Positions 29,435 to 40,565 of a DNA stretch of 46,898 nucleotides are shown one piece after another. The stretch spans positions 1 to 46,898 of the forward strand of contig CBDBPB010000005.1 of NCBI GenBank assembly GCA_965208615.1. Reading direction: 5' to 3'. A program made the position numbers and the translations under genes. Position 1 is the stretch's first letter; every line of letters begins with the position of its first letter. The notes beneath the pieces are model-generated. The model did not search any database. It worked only from the letters and a program-made list of their open reading frames with translations, and was not told the DNA's origin. This stretch comes from Spirochaetota bacterium. GTDB lineage: Bacteria; Spirochaetota; UBA6919; CBDBPB01.

Positions 29435-30091
29435 ATGAAAATTGTTATGGATGAGGAACTTAATAAATTAAAAAAGACTCTATTGGAGATGGGAAATCAT
29501 GTAGAAGAAGCAATTAGTGGAGCAATAAAGGCATTAAAAGAGAGGGATACTGTTTTAGCAAAGCAAATTATTAAAAATGATGTTACTATAAACAGGTTTG
29601 AAGTTAAGATTGAAAAGATTTGTTTAAAGATATTCGCTCTAAAACAGCCTATGGCTTTTGATTTACGTTTTGTTGCCTCTGGCTTGGAGATTAATAATGA
29701 TATTGAACGTATTGGTGATCTTGCTGTTAAGATTGCTGAGTCTGTTATAGAGATTAATGGTGAAGAGGATTTACCAGACTTTAGTAATTTATTTAAGATG
29801 GCTGAACTAGTACAATTAATGCTAAAACACTCCTTGGAGGCCTTTATGGAAAAGAATACCGTGGTGGCGAAAGAGGTTATATTAAAAGATAAAGAAACTG
29901 ATAATTATCACTCTAGTATTATAGAACAGGTTAGTTCATACGTCCATGAGGACTCAGAGCGATTTGAAAATGGTCTTTCTATAATAAACATTAGTAAATG
30001 CTTAGAGAGAATTGGAGATCATTGTAAAAATATATGTGAGGATACCATATACTTAGTTGACGGTGAGATTGTTAAACATAAGCTCAGCTAG
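29435..30091 (+). CDS. phoU: Phosphate signalling protein PhoU
   Basis: QPMAFDLR, DIERIGDLA and LERIGDHCKNICE. Confidence 0.96.
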   Translation: MKIVMDEELNKLKKTLLEMGNHVEEAISGAIKALKERDTVLAKQIIKNDVTINRFEVKIEKICLKIFALKQPMAFDLRFVASGLEINNDIERIGDLAVKIAESVIEINGEEDLPDFSNLFKMAELVQLMLKHSLEAFMEKNTVVAKEVILKDKETDNYHSSIIEQVSSYVHEDSERFENGLSIINISKCLERIGDHCKNICEDTIYLVDGEIVKHKLS

Positions 30092-30100
30092 AGTAAAACT

Positions 30101-31885
30101 ATGACAATTAATAGACAGCTTAGGATATTCTATCCATTTATTCTTGGGCTATTCTTTATTATTTCTGCAGTTATTCTTCATTTTGTAGTTAAGGGCTATC
30201 TGATTAATCAAAAAATAGATGAGCTAAACAAAGAAACCAGCTTTTTAAGTTATAATATACTGCCTAGTCCTAATAATAATTATGCAAATAAAGATTTAGT
30301 CTTTAAAAACTATGAGAAGTCCACCGGCTATCAGGCTCTTATTATCGACTATGAAGGGGGTATATTATATTATTCGAATAACTTTCCATCTTTACCAAAG
30401 CCTTTGACTACAGCAAAACTAAATAAATGGGGTAGAGACTTTATTTATGAGGCAGAGATAAAAAAGGCTAAGAATGATAAAATTGCTTATAGTATTCGTT
30501 ATAACGCTATTAATCATAATAAATATTTTCTTTTTGTTAAGAGGGTTGATAAATATTATTTATGTGTAGCTTCTCCATATGCTGGTGTGAATAGTATATT
30601 AGGGGAGTTCGATATTTTTATTATTATTTTTTGTTGTTCTGCCCTTGTTTTACTTTTTTATATTAACCTACACTTTGCTAGCTTAGTACTAAAGCCTATA
30701 AACGAAATAATAATACACTCCAAAAACTATATCAAGGATTTAAATTATAGGATACCGTATATAGAAAAGCCAGAAGAGATTAATAAACTACAAACTGCTC
30801 TTAATAAAGTAGCAAAACTAGTACAAAAAAACGTAATGGACCTATCCAACCGTAAAGACCTCGTAGAAACCGTTATTAAAAACATATCAGAAGGAGTTTT
30901 GATTTTGGATAGATCTTTGAGAGTGGTTTTGTGTAATAGTGGAATATATAATTTATTGGATGTTAATCTTAAGGTATATCGTTATAATGTAGAAAAGAAG
31001 TTTTATTATGAGCTAATACGTAATAACGCAATCAATGACATGATTGAAAGAGCTTATAATAAGGCTATTAAAATTAAGGAAAATATTAAGCTGTCTAGCA
31101 TGAATGATAAGGTTATTGAGGTTAATTGTATATCTTTACCTAGTAAGTCTGGCATGGTCGTTCTGATAAACGATGTAACTGAACAATATAAACTAATTAA
31201 GATAAAAAGATCTTTTGTGGAAAATATATCCCACGAGTTCAAAACACCTTTGTCTATTATTAGGGGATATATAGAAACTCTACTCAAATTTAAGGACTCC
31301 AACTTTGATGATAGAGAAAAGTTTTTATTAAAGATACTCCATAATACAGCTAGGCTTACTAGTCTGGTAAACGATTTGATTACCATTAATAAGCTGGATG
31401 AGGGTAAGGATTATTTTCGTAAAGAGAAAGTTAATTTGTATGAGGTGGTTGAGAGCTCTCTTGATGCCCTTAGTGTAAAAGCAGAACGAAAGAATATTAG
31501 GCTTATAAACACTATTACAGAAGAAAAAATGGAGGTAATAGGTAATGTTGAATTACTAGAGGCTGTTTTCTTCAACTTGATCGATAACGGTATAGTGTAT
31601 ACAGAGAATGGGGGTATTGTTGAGGTCTCCCTTAAGCATAATAAAGAGGTATATAAAATTTATGTTACAGATTCTGGTATTGGCGTACCAAGAAAGCATA
31701 TTGATAGAATATTTGAGCGCTTTTACCGTGTGGATGAAGGGAGATCAAGAATATTAGGGGGTACAGGATTAGGCCTTAGTATTGTTAAAAATGCCTTAGT
31801 TTATCATGATGGATCAGTTAAGTGTGAGGCTAGTCCTAAGGGTAAGGGAACTCAGTTTATAGTATCACTCCCTATACCTGATTAG
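30101..31885 (+). CDS. phoR: Phosphate regulon sensor histidine kinase (2 TM, HAMP, PAS, HisKA, HATPase)
   Basis: SHEFKTPL, NLIDNG, DSGIG, IFERFYRVD and GGTGLGLSIVK; located within the pst/pho locus. Confidence 0.88.
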   Translation: MTINRQLRIFYPFILGLFFIISAVILHFVVKGYLINQKIDELNKETSFLSYNILPSPNNNYANKDLVFKNYEKSTGYQALIIDYEGGILYYSNNFPSLPKPLTTAKLNKWGRDFIYEAEIKKAKNDKIAYSIRYNAINHNKYFLFVKRVDKYYLCVASPYAGVNSILGEFDIFIIIFCCSALVLLFYINLHFASLVLKPINEIIIHSKNYIKDLNYRIPYIEKPEEINKLQTALNKVAKLVQKNVMDLSNRKDLVETVIKNISEGVLILDRSLRVVLCNSGIYNLLDVNLKVYRYNVEKKFYYELIRNNAINDMIERAYNKAIKIKENIKLSSMNDKVIEVNCISLPSKSGMVVLINDVTEQYKLIKIKRSFVENISHEFKTPLSIIRGYIETLLKFKDSNFDDREKFLLKILHNTARLTSLVNDLITINKLDEGKDYFRKEKVNLYEVVESSLDALSVKAERKNIRLINTITEEKMEVIGNVELLEAVFFNLIDNGIVYTENGGIVEVSLKHNKEVYKIYVTDSGIGVPRKHIDRIFERFYRVDEGRSRILGGTGLGLSIVKNALVYHDGSVKCEASPKGKGTQFIVSLPIPD

Positions 31886-31887
31886 TT

Positions 31888-32583
31888 ATGTTAAAAGTTT
31901 TTATTGTTGATGATGAGTTAGAACTCCTTGATATATTATCTATTAATCTTAGGTCTGAGGGGTATTATGTTGTTGAGTTTAGCTCTGGTAACGCCGTTAT
32001 TAATCATTTGCTTAACTCTAACAGCATACCAGACCTCATTATACTGGATATTATGATGAACGGCATTAATGGCTTTGACGTTTGTAGGAAAATACGTTCT
32101 GATGAAAGATATAAAAACATTCCCATTATTTATTTATCTGCTAAGTCTGAAGTGCATAGCCGTATAAGGGCTTTAGAACTTGGAGGTGATGATTATATTA
32201 CCAAACCATTTAGTATTAAGGAGTTATTACTAAGGGTGAAAGCCGTTATTAACAGAACATCTTCAAAACCTAATGATAACAACATTAAGAATGTTTTTAC
32301 TTATAAGGGTCTAACTTTGCTTAAGGATTCTTTTACTAGCACTCTAAACGGCCATAATCTAAAATTAACTAAAACTGAGTTTAAGATATTACTTCTTTTT
32401 TTTGAGAATCCAAAACGCTTTTTCTCAAGAGATGAAATCATAAACCGACTATGGGCCAATGATAGCCTTGTTGTAGATAGAACTGTTGATGTTCACATAC
32501 AAAGGCTAAGAAAGAAACTAGAAGATTGTAAAACTTTTATATTAACCTATCCAGGTGTTGGATACGGTTACTCATCAGACTAG
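31888..32583 (+). CDS. phoB: OmpR/PhoB-family response regulator
   Basis: IVDDE, PDLIILDIMM, DDYITKPF and RTVDVHIQRLRKKL; follows phoR. Confidence 0.85.
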   Translation: MLKVFIVDDELELLDILSINLRSEGYYVVEFSSGNAVINHLLNSNSIPDLIILDIMMNGINGFDVCRKIRSDERYKNIPIIYLSAKSEVHSRIRALELGGDDYITKPFSIKELLLRVKAVINRTSSKPNDNNIKNVFTYKGLTLLKDSFTSTLNGHNLKLTKTEFKILLLFFENPKRFFSRDEIINRLWANDSLVVDRTVDVHIQRLRKKLEDCKTFILTYPGVGYGYSSD

Positions 32584-33362
32584 ATATTAATAAAACTACT
32601 TTCTATGTCCATATACTGTCGGATTTGTTTAGCAGAATAGTTTATAAGGCGTTTTGTACTGGTAATAACGTGTAGATTTGTATTGCAGTAGTCTTTGGCT
32701 ATATTAATACAGTATTTTTCAAAGTCTTTATTTGGGAATATATTATTAATAAGTCCAAGACTTAAAGCTTCTTTTGCACTAATCTCTCTATTTTGTGTGA
32801 GTATCTCCATAGCCTTACCCCTAGATATATACTGAGGTAAAAAATATGCAAGGGCTCCAGTGGGATGTATACCCATTTTTATATTAATCATAAAATAGTT
32901 CATATTTTCACTAACAAATCTAAAGTCACAGGCTAAGCTAAAACCAAAAAATGGAGTTATTATAGTACCCCTAAGACCTATCATAACAAGCTTAGTACAG
33001 TTCATCACTTTTAGGATTGCCCTATTTAATATATTGATCCCTCTAGCACGTTTTTTCCTCATTTCACTACTATTTATTTCTTTTTCGTATTCTTCATAGT
33101 TGTTTGACTTAGTCTTATTTAAAAACCTGGTAAATAAAGTATCACCAAAGCTTTGCTGTTCGTTTATAATGAGTATACCACTAATACTAGGATCATTCTC
33201 TGCCACATCAAACATCAATAATATCTTTTCACTTTTTTCCAAGTTAGAGAATCCCTCAAAAGCACTGGCTTTAATTGTAACAATAACTAATGGCTTATCT
33301 ACAACACACCTAAAAGCATCATTCTCATGACAAATATCCAATGTATTAAGCTGTTCTTTCAT
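32580..33362 (-). CDS. Enoyl-CoA hydratase/isomerase (crotonase) fold protein, divergent
   Basis: SLACDFRF, MGIHPTG and ISAKEALSLGLIN are crotonase core motifs. Confidence 0.8.
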   Translation of the reverse strand: MKEQLNTLDICHENDAFRCVVDKPLVIVTIKASAFEGFSNLEKSEKILLMFDVAENDPSISGILIINEQQSFGDTLFTRFLNKTKSNNYEEYEKEINSSEMRKKRARGINILNRAILKVMNCTKLVMIGLRGTIITPFFGFSLACDFRFVSENMNYFMINIKMGIHPTGALAYFLPQYISRGKAMEILTQNREISAKEALSLGLINNIFPNKDFEKYCINIAKDYCNTNLHVITSTKRLINYSAKQIRQYMDIESSFINI

Positions 33363-33420
33363 GACTCACCCCATTTTAAGGTAATTATACTAAATAATAC
33401 GCTTAGGAGTATAACTTTAT

Positions 33421-34218
33421 TTATTTTTTTCTTGGTTGTCTTTGTTGAGTATATACCTCAGGTACCTCACTAAGCTTATCAAAGTTAAATCTTTCATCTT
33501 CCATAGTGCTTTTAAAGTTATCCATCTGCATTAGCTCGCAGTCAAATATTATACCCATTGGAGTCTTTTTCTCACCTTCTAACTTTTTATAATCGAGTAT
33601 CTTATTCTCCCTAAAAAAGGATATAGCCCTTTCCATGTTATCCAAATACTTTTCTGGTAACGGAAACTTCACAACAGCATACTCCTTTATGGTATTCATT
33701 AATATAGGGGATAGCTTCGAAAAAAACACATTTAACTTAGCAAACTTATCATTACACCTATACCAAAAAGAATAATCATTTTCTAACTTTGTTATGTTGT
33801 TAATAAACTCGTCCAATCCAACATTATTAGGACTAATATCAGCCTCTTTGGATAAAGTTGTAATAATAGATTCCCACTGTGATTTATCCGATATTTTAAT
33901 CACATCCAAATACCTCAAAGGCACAGGCAAACTCTCTTTATCCATCATAGAATGGCATACAACATTAACCTTAGACCTATAATATGAAGTTCCAGCAGTA
34001 AAACTAATAAAAGGACTCTCAAAAGAACCAATACTAGACAAAATTAAAACCATATTAGCACCATCCAAAGTATTGGATAGCTTTTTAATATTATTTATAT
34101 TATCCGATGTTGGAATAACATCAATATTTGTTAAGTTGTTTTCTAATAAGACTTTTATGGCATTAGCAAAGTCTTTTTCTTTTTCAATATGTGCAATAAC
34201 TATCTTTATTTTATTCAA
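33421..34218 (-). CDS. TIR-like domain protein (degenerate active site) with unknown C-terminal domain
   Basis: IVIAH.EKEKDFANAIK, ANMVLILSS..S..SPFISFTAG and VVCHS..KESLPVPLRYL parallel bacterial TIR_2 motifs (IFISH, LLS..S..PW..FEAG, P.CHS...LP.PL..L). Confidence 0.65.
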   Translation of the reverse strand: MNKIKIVIAHIEKEKDFANAIKVLLENNLTNIDVIPTSDNINNIKKLSNTLDGANMVLILSSIGSFESPFISFTAGTSYYRSKVNVVCHSMMDKESLPVPLRYLDVIKISDKSQWESIITTLSKEADISPNNVGLDEFINNITKLENDYSFWYRCNDKFAKLNVFFSKLSPILMNTIKEYAVVKFPLPEKYLDNMERAISFFRENKILDYKKLEGEKKTPMGIIFDCELMQMDNFKSTMEDERFNFDKLSEVPEVYTQQRQPRKK

Positions 34219-34293
34219 AAATTACTCCTTAGTTTAGCATACAGTTAGCAATATGCAAAGTTTTTATGTTTTTTTGGTCTTTTAATGTTAGTT

Positions 34294-34533
34294 CTATCTG
34301 TTATAAAAGGCTTCTTTATAGCTAACAGTTTTATATTTATACCTTTTATAATCTTTTTTAGCTTTCCTTATAGAAATAGGCATAATAATCTCTATACCGT
34401 TATCCAAACACAACTTCTTAGAAAAAGAGCCGTCTTTGTTTTTGTATAAGAAAATATCATAGCTAGTAGCCTCTTTTGAATCATAAAGTCTATACTCATA
34501 AACAATCAAAAGAGCCTTTTCTTTTTTGTTCAA
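34294..34533 (-). CDS. Small basic hypothetical protein
   Basis: 79-aa ORF with TTG start and AAGGGG RBS-like sequence upstream. Confidence 0.55.
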   Translation of the reverse strand: MNKKEKALLIVYEYRLYDSKEATSYDIFLYKNKDGSFSKKLCLDNGIEIIMPISIRKAKKDYKRYKYKTVSYKEAFYNR

Positions 34534-34750
34534 CCAAACCCCTTATATATAACATTTGATTAGCATAAAATGTCCCCGTATTAATAAAAAAGTCTAAGAT
34601 AATTATATAGACAAAATTATAATATCTCTAACCCTTGACTCCATTCATAAATTTTAATATAATTTTTATTGTAATCAAATACATTTCTTAAATAAAATTA
34701 TCCTTTTAGATAATCCTAAAGATAAAATAGTGAGTAAGCAAAATATAATT

Positions 34751-35800
34751 ATGAAATTCTGGAACAATAATATAAAAAATCTATTACCCTATACACCAGG
34801 GGAACAACCTAAAAATAATGCACAGTTAATTAAGCTAAATACTAATGAAAATCCTTATCCCCCCTCCCCTATGGTAATGGATAAATTAGCTAAAATAAAA
34901 GATGTTAGTCTTGCTTTATATCCAGAGTCAGACTGGAATACCTTAAGAACTCTATTATCAAAACACTATTCAGTGCCAAAAGAGAATATATTCTGCGGTA
35001 ACGGATCAGATGAGATATTAAGTTTAATTTGTAGATGTTTTTTTTCATCAGAGTCTAAAGTAGTAATTCCATATCCCAATTACAGCCTTTATGAGACACT
35101 TTGTCAGAGCAATGGTATAGTCTATGAGTATGTTCAAAGTAATGACGATTTTGTAATAGACCTCAAAGGCCTATTAGATATTAATTCTGATGGTATGTTT
35201 TTCTCTAATCCTAATGCACCCACAGGTATATATTATAGTGTAGAACAGATATATGACTTTTGCCTAAACTATAAAGGACTATTTATCCTTGATGAAGCCT
35301 ATATAGACTTCGGTGGAGAGTCAGGAATAGAACTTATATCCAAACTGGATAACATAATTATTATAAGGACCTTTTCAAAGTCGTTCTCATTGGCTGGATT
35401 AAGACTTGGATACGCTTTTGGGAGTAAGTCATTAATAGCAGGCCTAATGAAAGCAAAAGACTCATACAATATAAATTATATAAGCCAATTACTGGGATGT
35501 GAGGCAGTAAAAGATTATGATTATATGCTGTCTAACAAAAATAGTATAATCTTCAAAAGAGAACGCCTTAATAATAGTCTAAAGGACCTTGGATTTAAAG
35601 TTATACCATCAAAAGCTAACTTTATTTTTGTTAGCCATCCAAATTATCCTGCTAAAGAGCTATACCTTAAACTAAAGAATAATGGTATTCTGGTAAGACA
35701 TTTTGACTTACCGCGAATAAATAACTATATAAGAATAACCATAGGACAAAAAGGACAGCTGGATACCCTTATAGCTAATCTAAAAACAATACTACCTTAA
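34751..35800 (+). CDS. hisC: Histidinol-phosphate aminotransferase
   Basis: PYTPGEQP, KLNTNENPY, GNGSDE, NPNAPTG, DEAY and RTFSKSFSLAGLRLGY. ATG 34751 preferred over GTG 34730. Confidence 0.95.
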   Translation: MKFWNNNIKNLLPYTPGEQPKNNAQLIKLNTNENPYPPSPMVMDKLAKIKDVSLALYPESDWNTLRTLLSKHYSVPKENIFCGNGSDEILSLICRCFFSSESKVVIPYPNYSLYETLCQSNGIVYEYVQSNDDFVIDLKGLLDINSDGMFFSNPNAPTGIYYSVEQIYDFCLNYKGLFILDEAYIDFGGESGIELISKLDNIIIIRTFSKSFSLAGLRLGYAFGSKSLIAGLMKAKDSYNINYISQLLGCEAVKDYDYMLSNKNSIIFKRERLNNSLKDLGFKVIPSKANFIFVSHPNYPAKELYLKLKNNGILVRHFDLPRINNYIRITIGQKGQLDTLIANLKTILP

Positions 35801-35803
35801 ATA

Positions 35804-36025
35804 CTATTCTATCTTTTCGGTTATAAGAGCATTAACAGGACATTCATCCACTATCTCTAAAGCCCTTTGAGCAAGTTTATCTTCTAATATTGCTCCATCA
35901 CCACCAAGCTCTTTTTTAATAGCAACAGTTCCATCACTTTGCTCCTCATATACCTCTGGCAGGTCTCTATAACAAGCTCCTGATCCTATACATAAGTCTA
36001 AATCGACATTAACTCTAACTTTCAT
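35804..36025 (-). CDS. Monocluster ferredoxin (CxxSxxC...CP, likely 3Fe-4S)
   Basis: VDLDLCIGSGAC...PEVY...ECPVNAL. Confidence 0.88.
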   Translation of the reverse strand: MKVRVNVDLDLCIGSGACYRDLPEVYEEQSDGTVAIKKELGGDGAILEDKLAQRALEIVDECPVNALITEKIE

Positions 36026-36093
36026 AATATACCCCCAAAACTATAAGCTATTTTTATAATATAATAAATCACCTTGTCGATATGTAGCACATA

Positions 36094-37212
<1,119 letters not shown>

Positions 37213-37300
37213 TTAAATATAATATTTAGCTTATACTGTTTAAAAAACAGTATAATAATCGAGGGCCTATTAACGAATTACATCGTCTTTAATATAATTT

Positions 37301-40300
37301 TCATTCTTTTGTTAGAGAATCACTAATTTTAGGATATTTAAATGATGGTAGTTCCTTGAGATAAATAGTCAAATAAAAGCTGGGTTCAAAATAGAATGGT
37401 CCACTCCTAAACTGCTTTACACTAAGGTTTAATTCAAATTCCATCATCCAGTCATGAAGATCATGTCTTATCTTAAAAGACATACTATCCAAATTAAAAA
37501 ATGAACGTTCTCGCTTACTTTTATCAAAAAAGTTAAAGGAGTCAATTAAGTCTATAAAGAAGTTCCTAGACTCCTTACCATACTTTTTAGACATAGATGA
37601 TGAATATCTATAAAGTTGTCTATTAGAAGATATAGCCTTATAAATAAAATTCCAATTTTTAGTAATGCTAAAATCAATTTTAAAAGAAGAAGATAAAGAA
37701 TTACCACGCTCGTTCTTAAAGTCATTAAACCAAGCAACCGTATAGGATAAAGAATTTAAATAAATAGGTCCAAACAAATGATACTTATCTACAAGATTCA
37801 CGCTAACACTAAAATTATTAGTAAGTGATTTTTCTTCGCGTCTAGAATAACTATAGCTATTACTAACAGATAAAAAACTAAATGGAGTAGAAGTAACTGA
37901 AAAACTAAGATTTCCTTTTTGTTGCTTTAAAACTTCGCTTTTAGCTGTAGTACCGTTATTAATTCTCTCTTGATCTGAAGCAGAAATATATAAACTATCA
38001 CTAAAAGAAACAGAAAATTCGGTTTTCAAGAATGTCATATTAGCTGAAGCACTATAACTTTCACTTCTACCAGATTCATTTATAAACTTTCCATTTTCTT
38101 TTTTGATTTTGTCAAACCTGCCAGACTTTCTATATGTAGAACTTAATCCAAAAGTAAGGTTAAGATATTCATATTCCTCAAAAAAGTTAAAATTAAGACT
38201 TCCACTAACATTAACATCCCATCGTCCATAAGTTAACGCATTATCACTAGTCTTTTGAAGTGCATCAGCATTCTTTGTTTTTTTTAGATTATAGCCTACT
38301 GATCCATCTAGGGCTATGTCAAAAGTCATAAATCTGTATGTCAACGTAAAAGGTGTCCTAAGATTAAATACTGAACTACCATTATAAGTATCAGACTGAA
38401 TATCATTATTACTTAAAGCAGTGTTATAAGTCTTTTTTTCTGAAAGAGAAAAACTAAGACTATAAATCATAGGTAGATTGATTCGTAATTTGTTTAACCT
38501 TTTAACTACCGGTGGAAGATATTTATCAAGTTCTTGTTTAGTATATTGAGATTCCTTTTTTTCTTCAGCAGGTGAATATTTACCATTAGTCTCATATTCT
38601 TTTAGATATTCTTTTTCTTTTTGTTTTTCCTTTTCTTCTCTTTTTTTCTTTTCAGACTCTAACTCAGGCTTATCACTACCAACAAGCTGAATAGTATTAG
38701 AATATTTTGAGTCAATCTTTGGAAAAGTAAAAAGATGTTTATAATTTTTATAAGAACTCGCTTTATAAGGGTTTTTAGGTGGATCGTTTAAATTAGTATT
38801 ATCCCGTTGTAACCTATAATTAAAGTCCCCTGAGGTGGTAATATACAGCCTCTTATAGCTGTTAACTAATTTGAAGTTAAGTTGTTGTCCAGAGGCACTA
38901 GAAAAGCTACTGGTTGCACCTTCATACCTTCTATCAGATTTATCTGTTCCGGTTAGATCCCACAGGGTAAAATCAAACTTACGACTCGACTCAAACTGTG
39001 ACTGAAAAAATGGTTCAGCCTGACTCTTAAATACCATTGATAAATTACTATTAAAACCTTTGGGAGAACTAAATAAATTTAAATTACCCTCTAATTTAAC
39101 CCGCCATCTAAAATTATTTGTTTCTTCTGGTTTTCCATCTCCGTCTTGATCAAAGAAGTTAGTAAAAAGCTCTTCACCACCAATATATTTGATTGACCTA
39201 TCAAGAGCAATGGCAGAGTCAAAAAGAAATCTATGTCCTCCTTTGCTATAAGTAAACTCATATCCTAAATATACGCCAAGTTTTTGATAGTAATCAGCTT
39301 TTACCTTCATAGAATAATTACTACTTCTAGGCTTATACTCAAATGTATTGTGAAGAAACCAGCTAATCCCTTTTTCATAGCCAAATGCAGTTTTAATACC
39401 AGTACTCTCCTTTGTATGGAAAAAAATAGGAGTATAAAAAAGAGTGACTCCACCAACTTTATATTCCACATTAGTGGCCCATATTCTATCCCCGTCATAG
39501 TGCCATGCTCTAGAAAAGTTTATAGAGTAATGTGGATGCACTATATTACAAGAACTCATATATCCGTCCTCAATGATATATTTTGAATTTGCAACTTGTT
39601 TAGTTTTCTTACCTTTTACTACAAATGGACGGTTATATACCTTAGCATTAACCAATAAGCCCCTTTTTATTTGAGGAAAATAGTAGATTTTATCGGCAAC
39701 TATTCTATTATTTTTATTATCCTTGATAAGAAGACTACCAGCAGCTACAACCTCAATAGGATTATCACCTTCATCGATTTTTATAGAAATGGCATCTGCA
39801 GTTATAGTTTTATTTCGGAATACCAGTTTAACATTAGCAAATAGTAATATTCTTCTAAAACCTTTTTTATCCTTTTTGTCAGAGGCAAAAATACTCGAGG
39901 CATTATAAAGAAGAACATTACTAGTATTTATATTAGCTTTTTTACCTATTTTTGCATACCTTTTTGTGGAATAGACCAGTCTAACCGGCATATCAGTCTT
40001 TTTAGTTTTTTGTTTTTTAGCTTCATCCTTCTTATCTTTTTTTCTATAGGGTGTAAGATCCGTATATTTTATATCTTTAGATATAATTGGTATATTATCA
40101 ATTATTGTATTAATGAGTTTTGATTTATCGTCAGACTTATTAGGAAGACCATAATCCTGTAGGAATGCTTTTAAAAAAGTAAGATCAAAGAACTCCAGGC
40201 TTTTTTTAAGGCGCTGTTTATTTGCTTTATTAGCCTTAACCTTTTTTAGTATTTGTTCTTTTTTGTTTTTTATATCGGATACCGTTTGTGAATAGCTAAG

Positions 40301-40375
40301 TTGGTTAAAGTTAGTTATTAACAATATTAAAAGTAAGTATTTATTAAATTGGTTTAGCCTTTTGTTAAAATGCAT
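37301..40375 (-). CDS. lptD: LPS-assembly protein LptD-like outer-membrane protein
   Basis: Signal peptide, OstA-like ITADAI/IVADKIYY region, SSCNIVHPHYS, C-terminal beta-strands with HDLHDW. Confidence 0.7.
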   Translation of the reverse strand: MHFNKRLNQFNKYLLLILLITNFNQLSYSQTVSDIKNKKEQILKKVKANKANKQRLKKSLEFFDLTFLKAFLQDYGLPNKSDDKSKLINTIIDNIPIISKDIKYTDLTPYRKKDKKDEAKKQKTKKTDMPVRLVYSTKRYAKIGKKANINTSNVLLYNASSIFASDKKDKKGFRRILLFANVKLVFRNKTITADAISIKIDEGDNPIEVVAAGSLLIKDNKNNRIVADKIYYFPQIKRGLLVNAKVYNRPFVVKGKKTKQVANSKYIIEDGYMSSCNIVHPHYSINFSRAWHYDGDRIWATNVEYKVGGVTLFYTPIFFHTKESTGIKTAFGYEKGISWFLHNTFEYKPRSSNYSMKVKADYYQKLGVYLGYEFTYSKGGHRFLFDSAIALDRSIKYIGGEELFTNFFDQDGDGKPEETNNFRWRVKLEGNLNLFSSPKGFNSNLSMVFKSQAEPFFQSQFESSRKFDFTLWDLTGTDKSDRRYEGATSSFSSASGQQLNFKLVNSYKRLYITTSGDFNYRLQRDNTNLNDPPKNPYKASSYKNYKHLFTFPKIDSKYSNTIQLVGSDKPELESEKKKREEKEKQKEKEYLKEYETNGKYSPAEEKKESQYTKQELDKYLPPVVKRLNKLRINLPMIYSLSFSLSEKKTYNTALSNNDIQSDTYNGSSVFNLRTPFTLTYRFMTFDIALDGSVGYNLKKTKNADALQKTSDNALTYGRWDVNVSGSLNFNFFEEYEYLNLTFGLSSTYRKSGRFDKIKKENGKFINESGRSESYSASANMTFLKTEFSVSFSDSLYISASDQERINNGTTAKSEVLKQQKGNLSFSVTSTPFSFLSVSNSYSYSRREEKSLTNNFSVSVNLVDKYHLFGPIYLNSLSYTVAWFNDFKNERGNSLSSSFKIDFSITKNWNFIYKAISSNRQLYRYSSSMSKKYGKESRNFFIDLIDSFNFFDKSKRERSFFNLDSMSFKIRHDLHDWMMEFELNLSVKQFRSGPFYFEPSFYLTIYLKELPSFKYPKISDSLTKE

Positions 40376-40565
40376 ATATTCTGTTTTTTATATCCTAAGT
40401 TTTAATATAAAAAATTATTATAAATTTAATTTACTTTAAAAAAAACTAACTACTAAAATTAAAAGTAATAAAATTAAAAAGTTTATAAAGCAATAAAGAA
40501 ATATTTTATAATCTGTTACGATAAATTGACAAAACTCTTATAACAAAGTATATTTAATAAACTTT

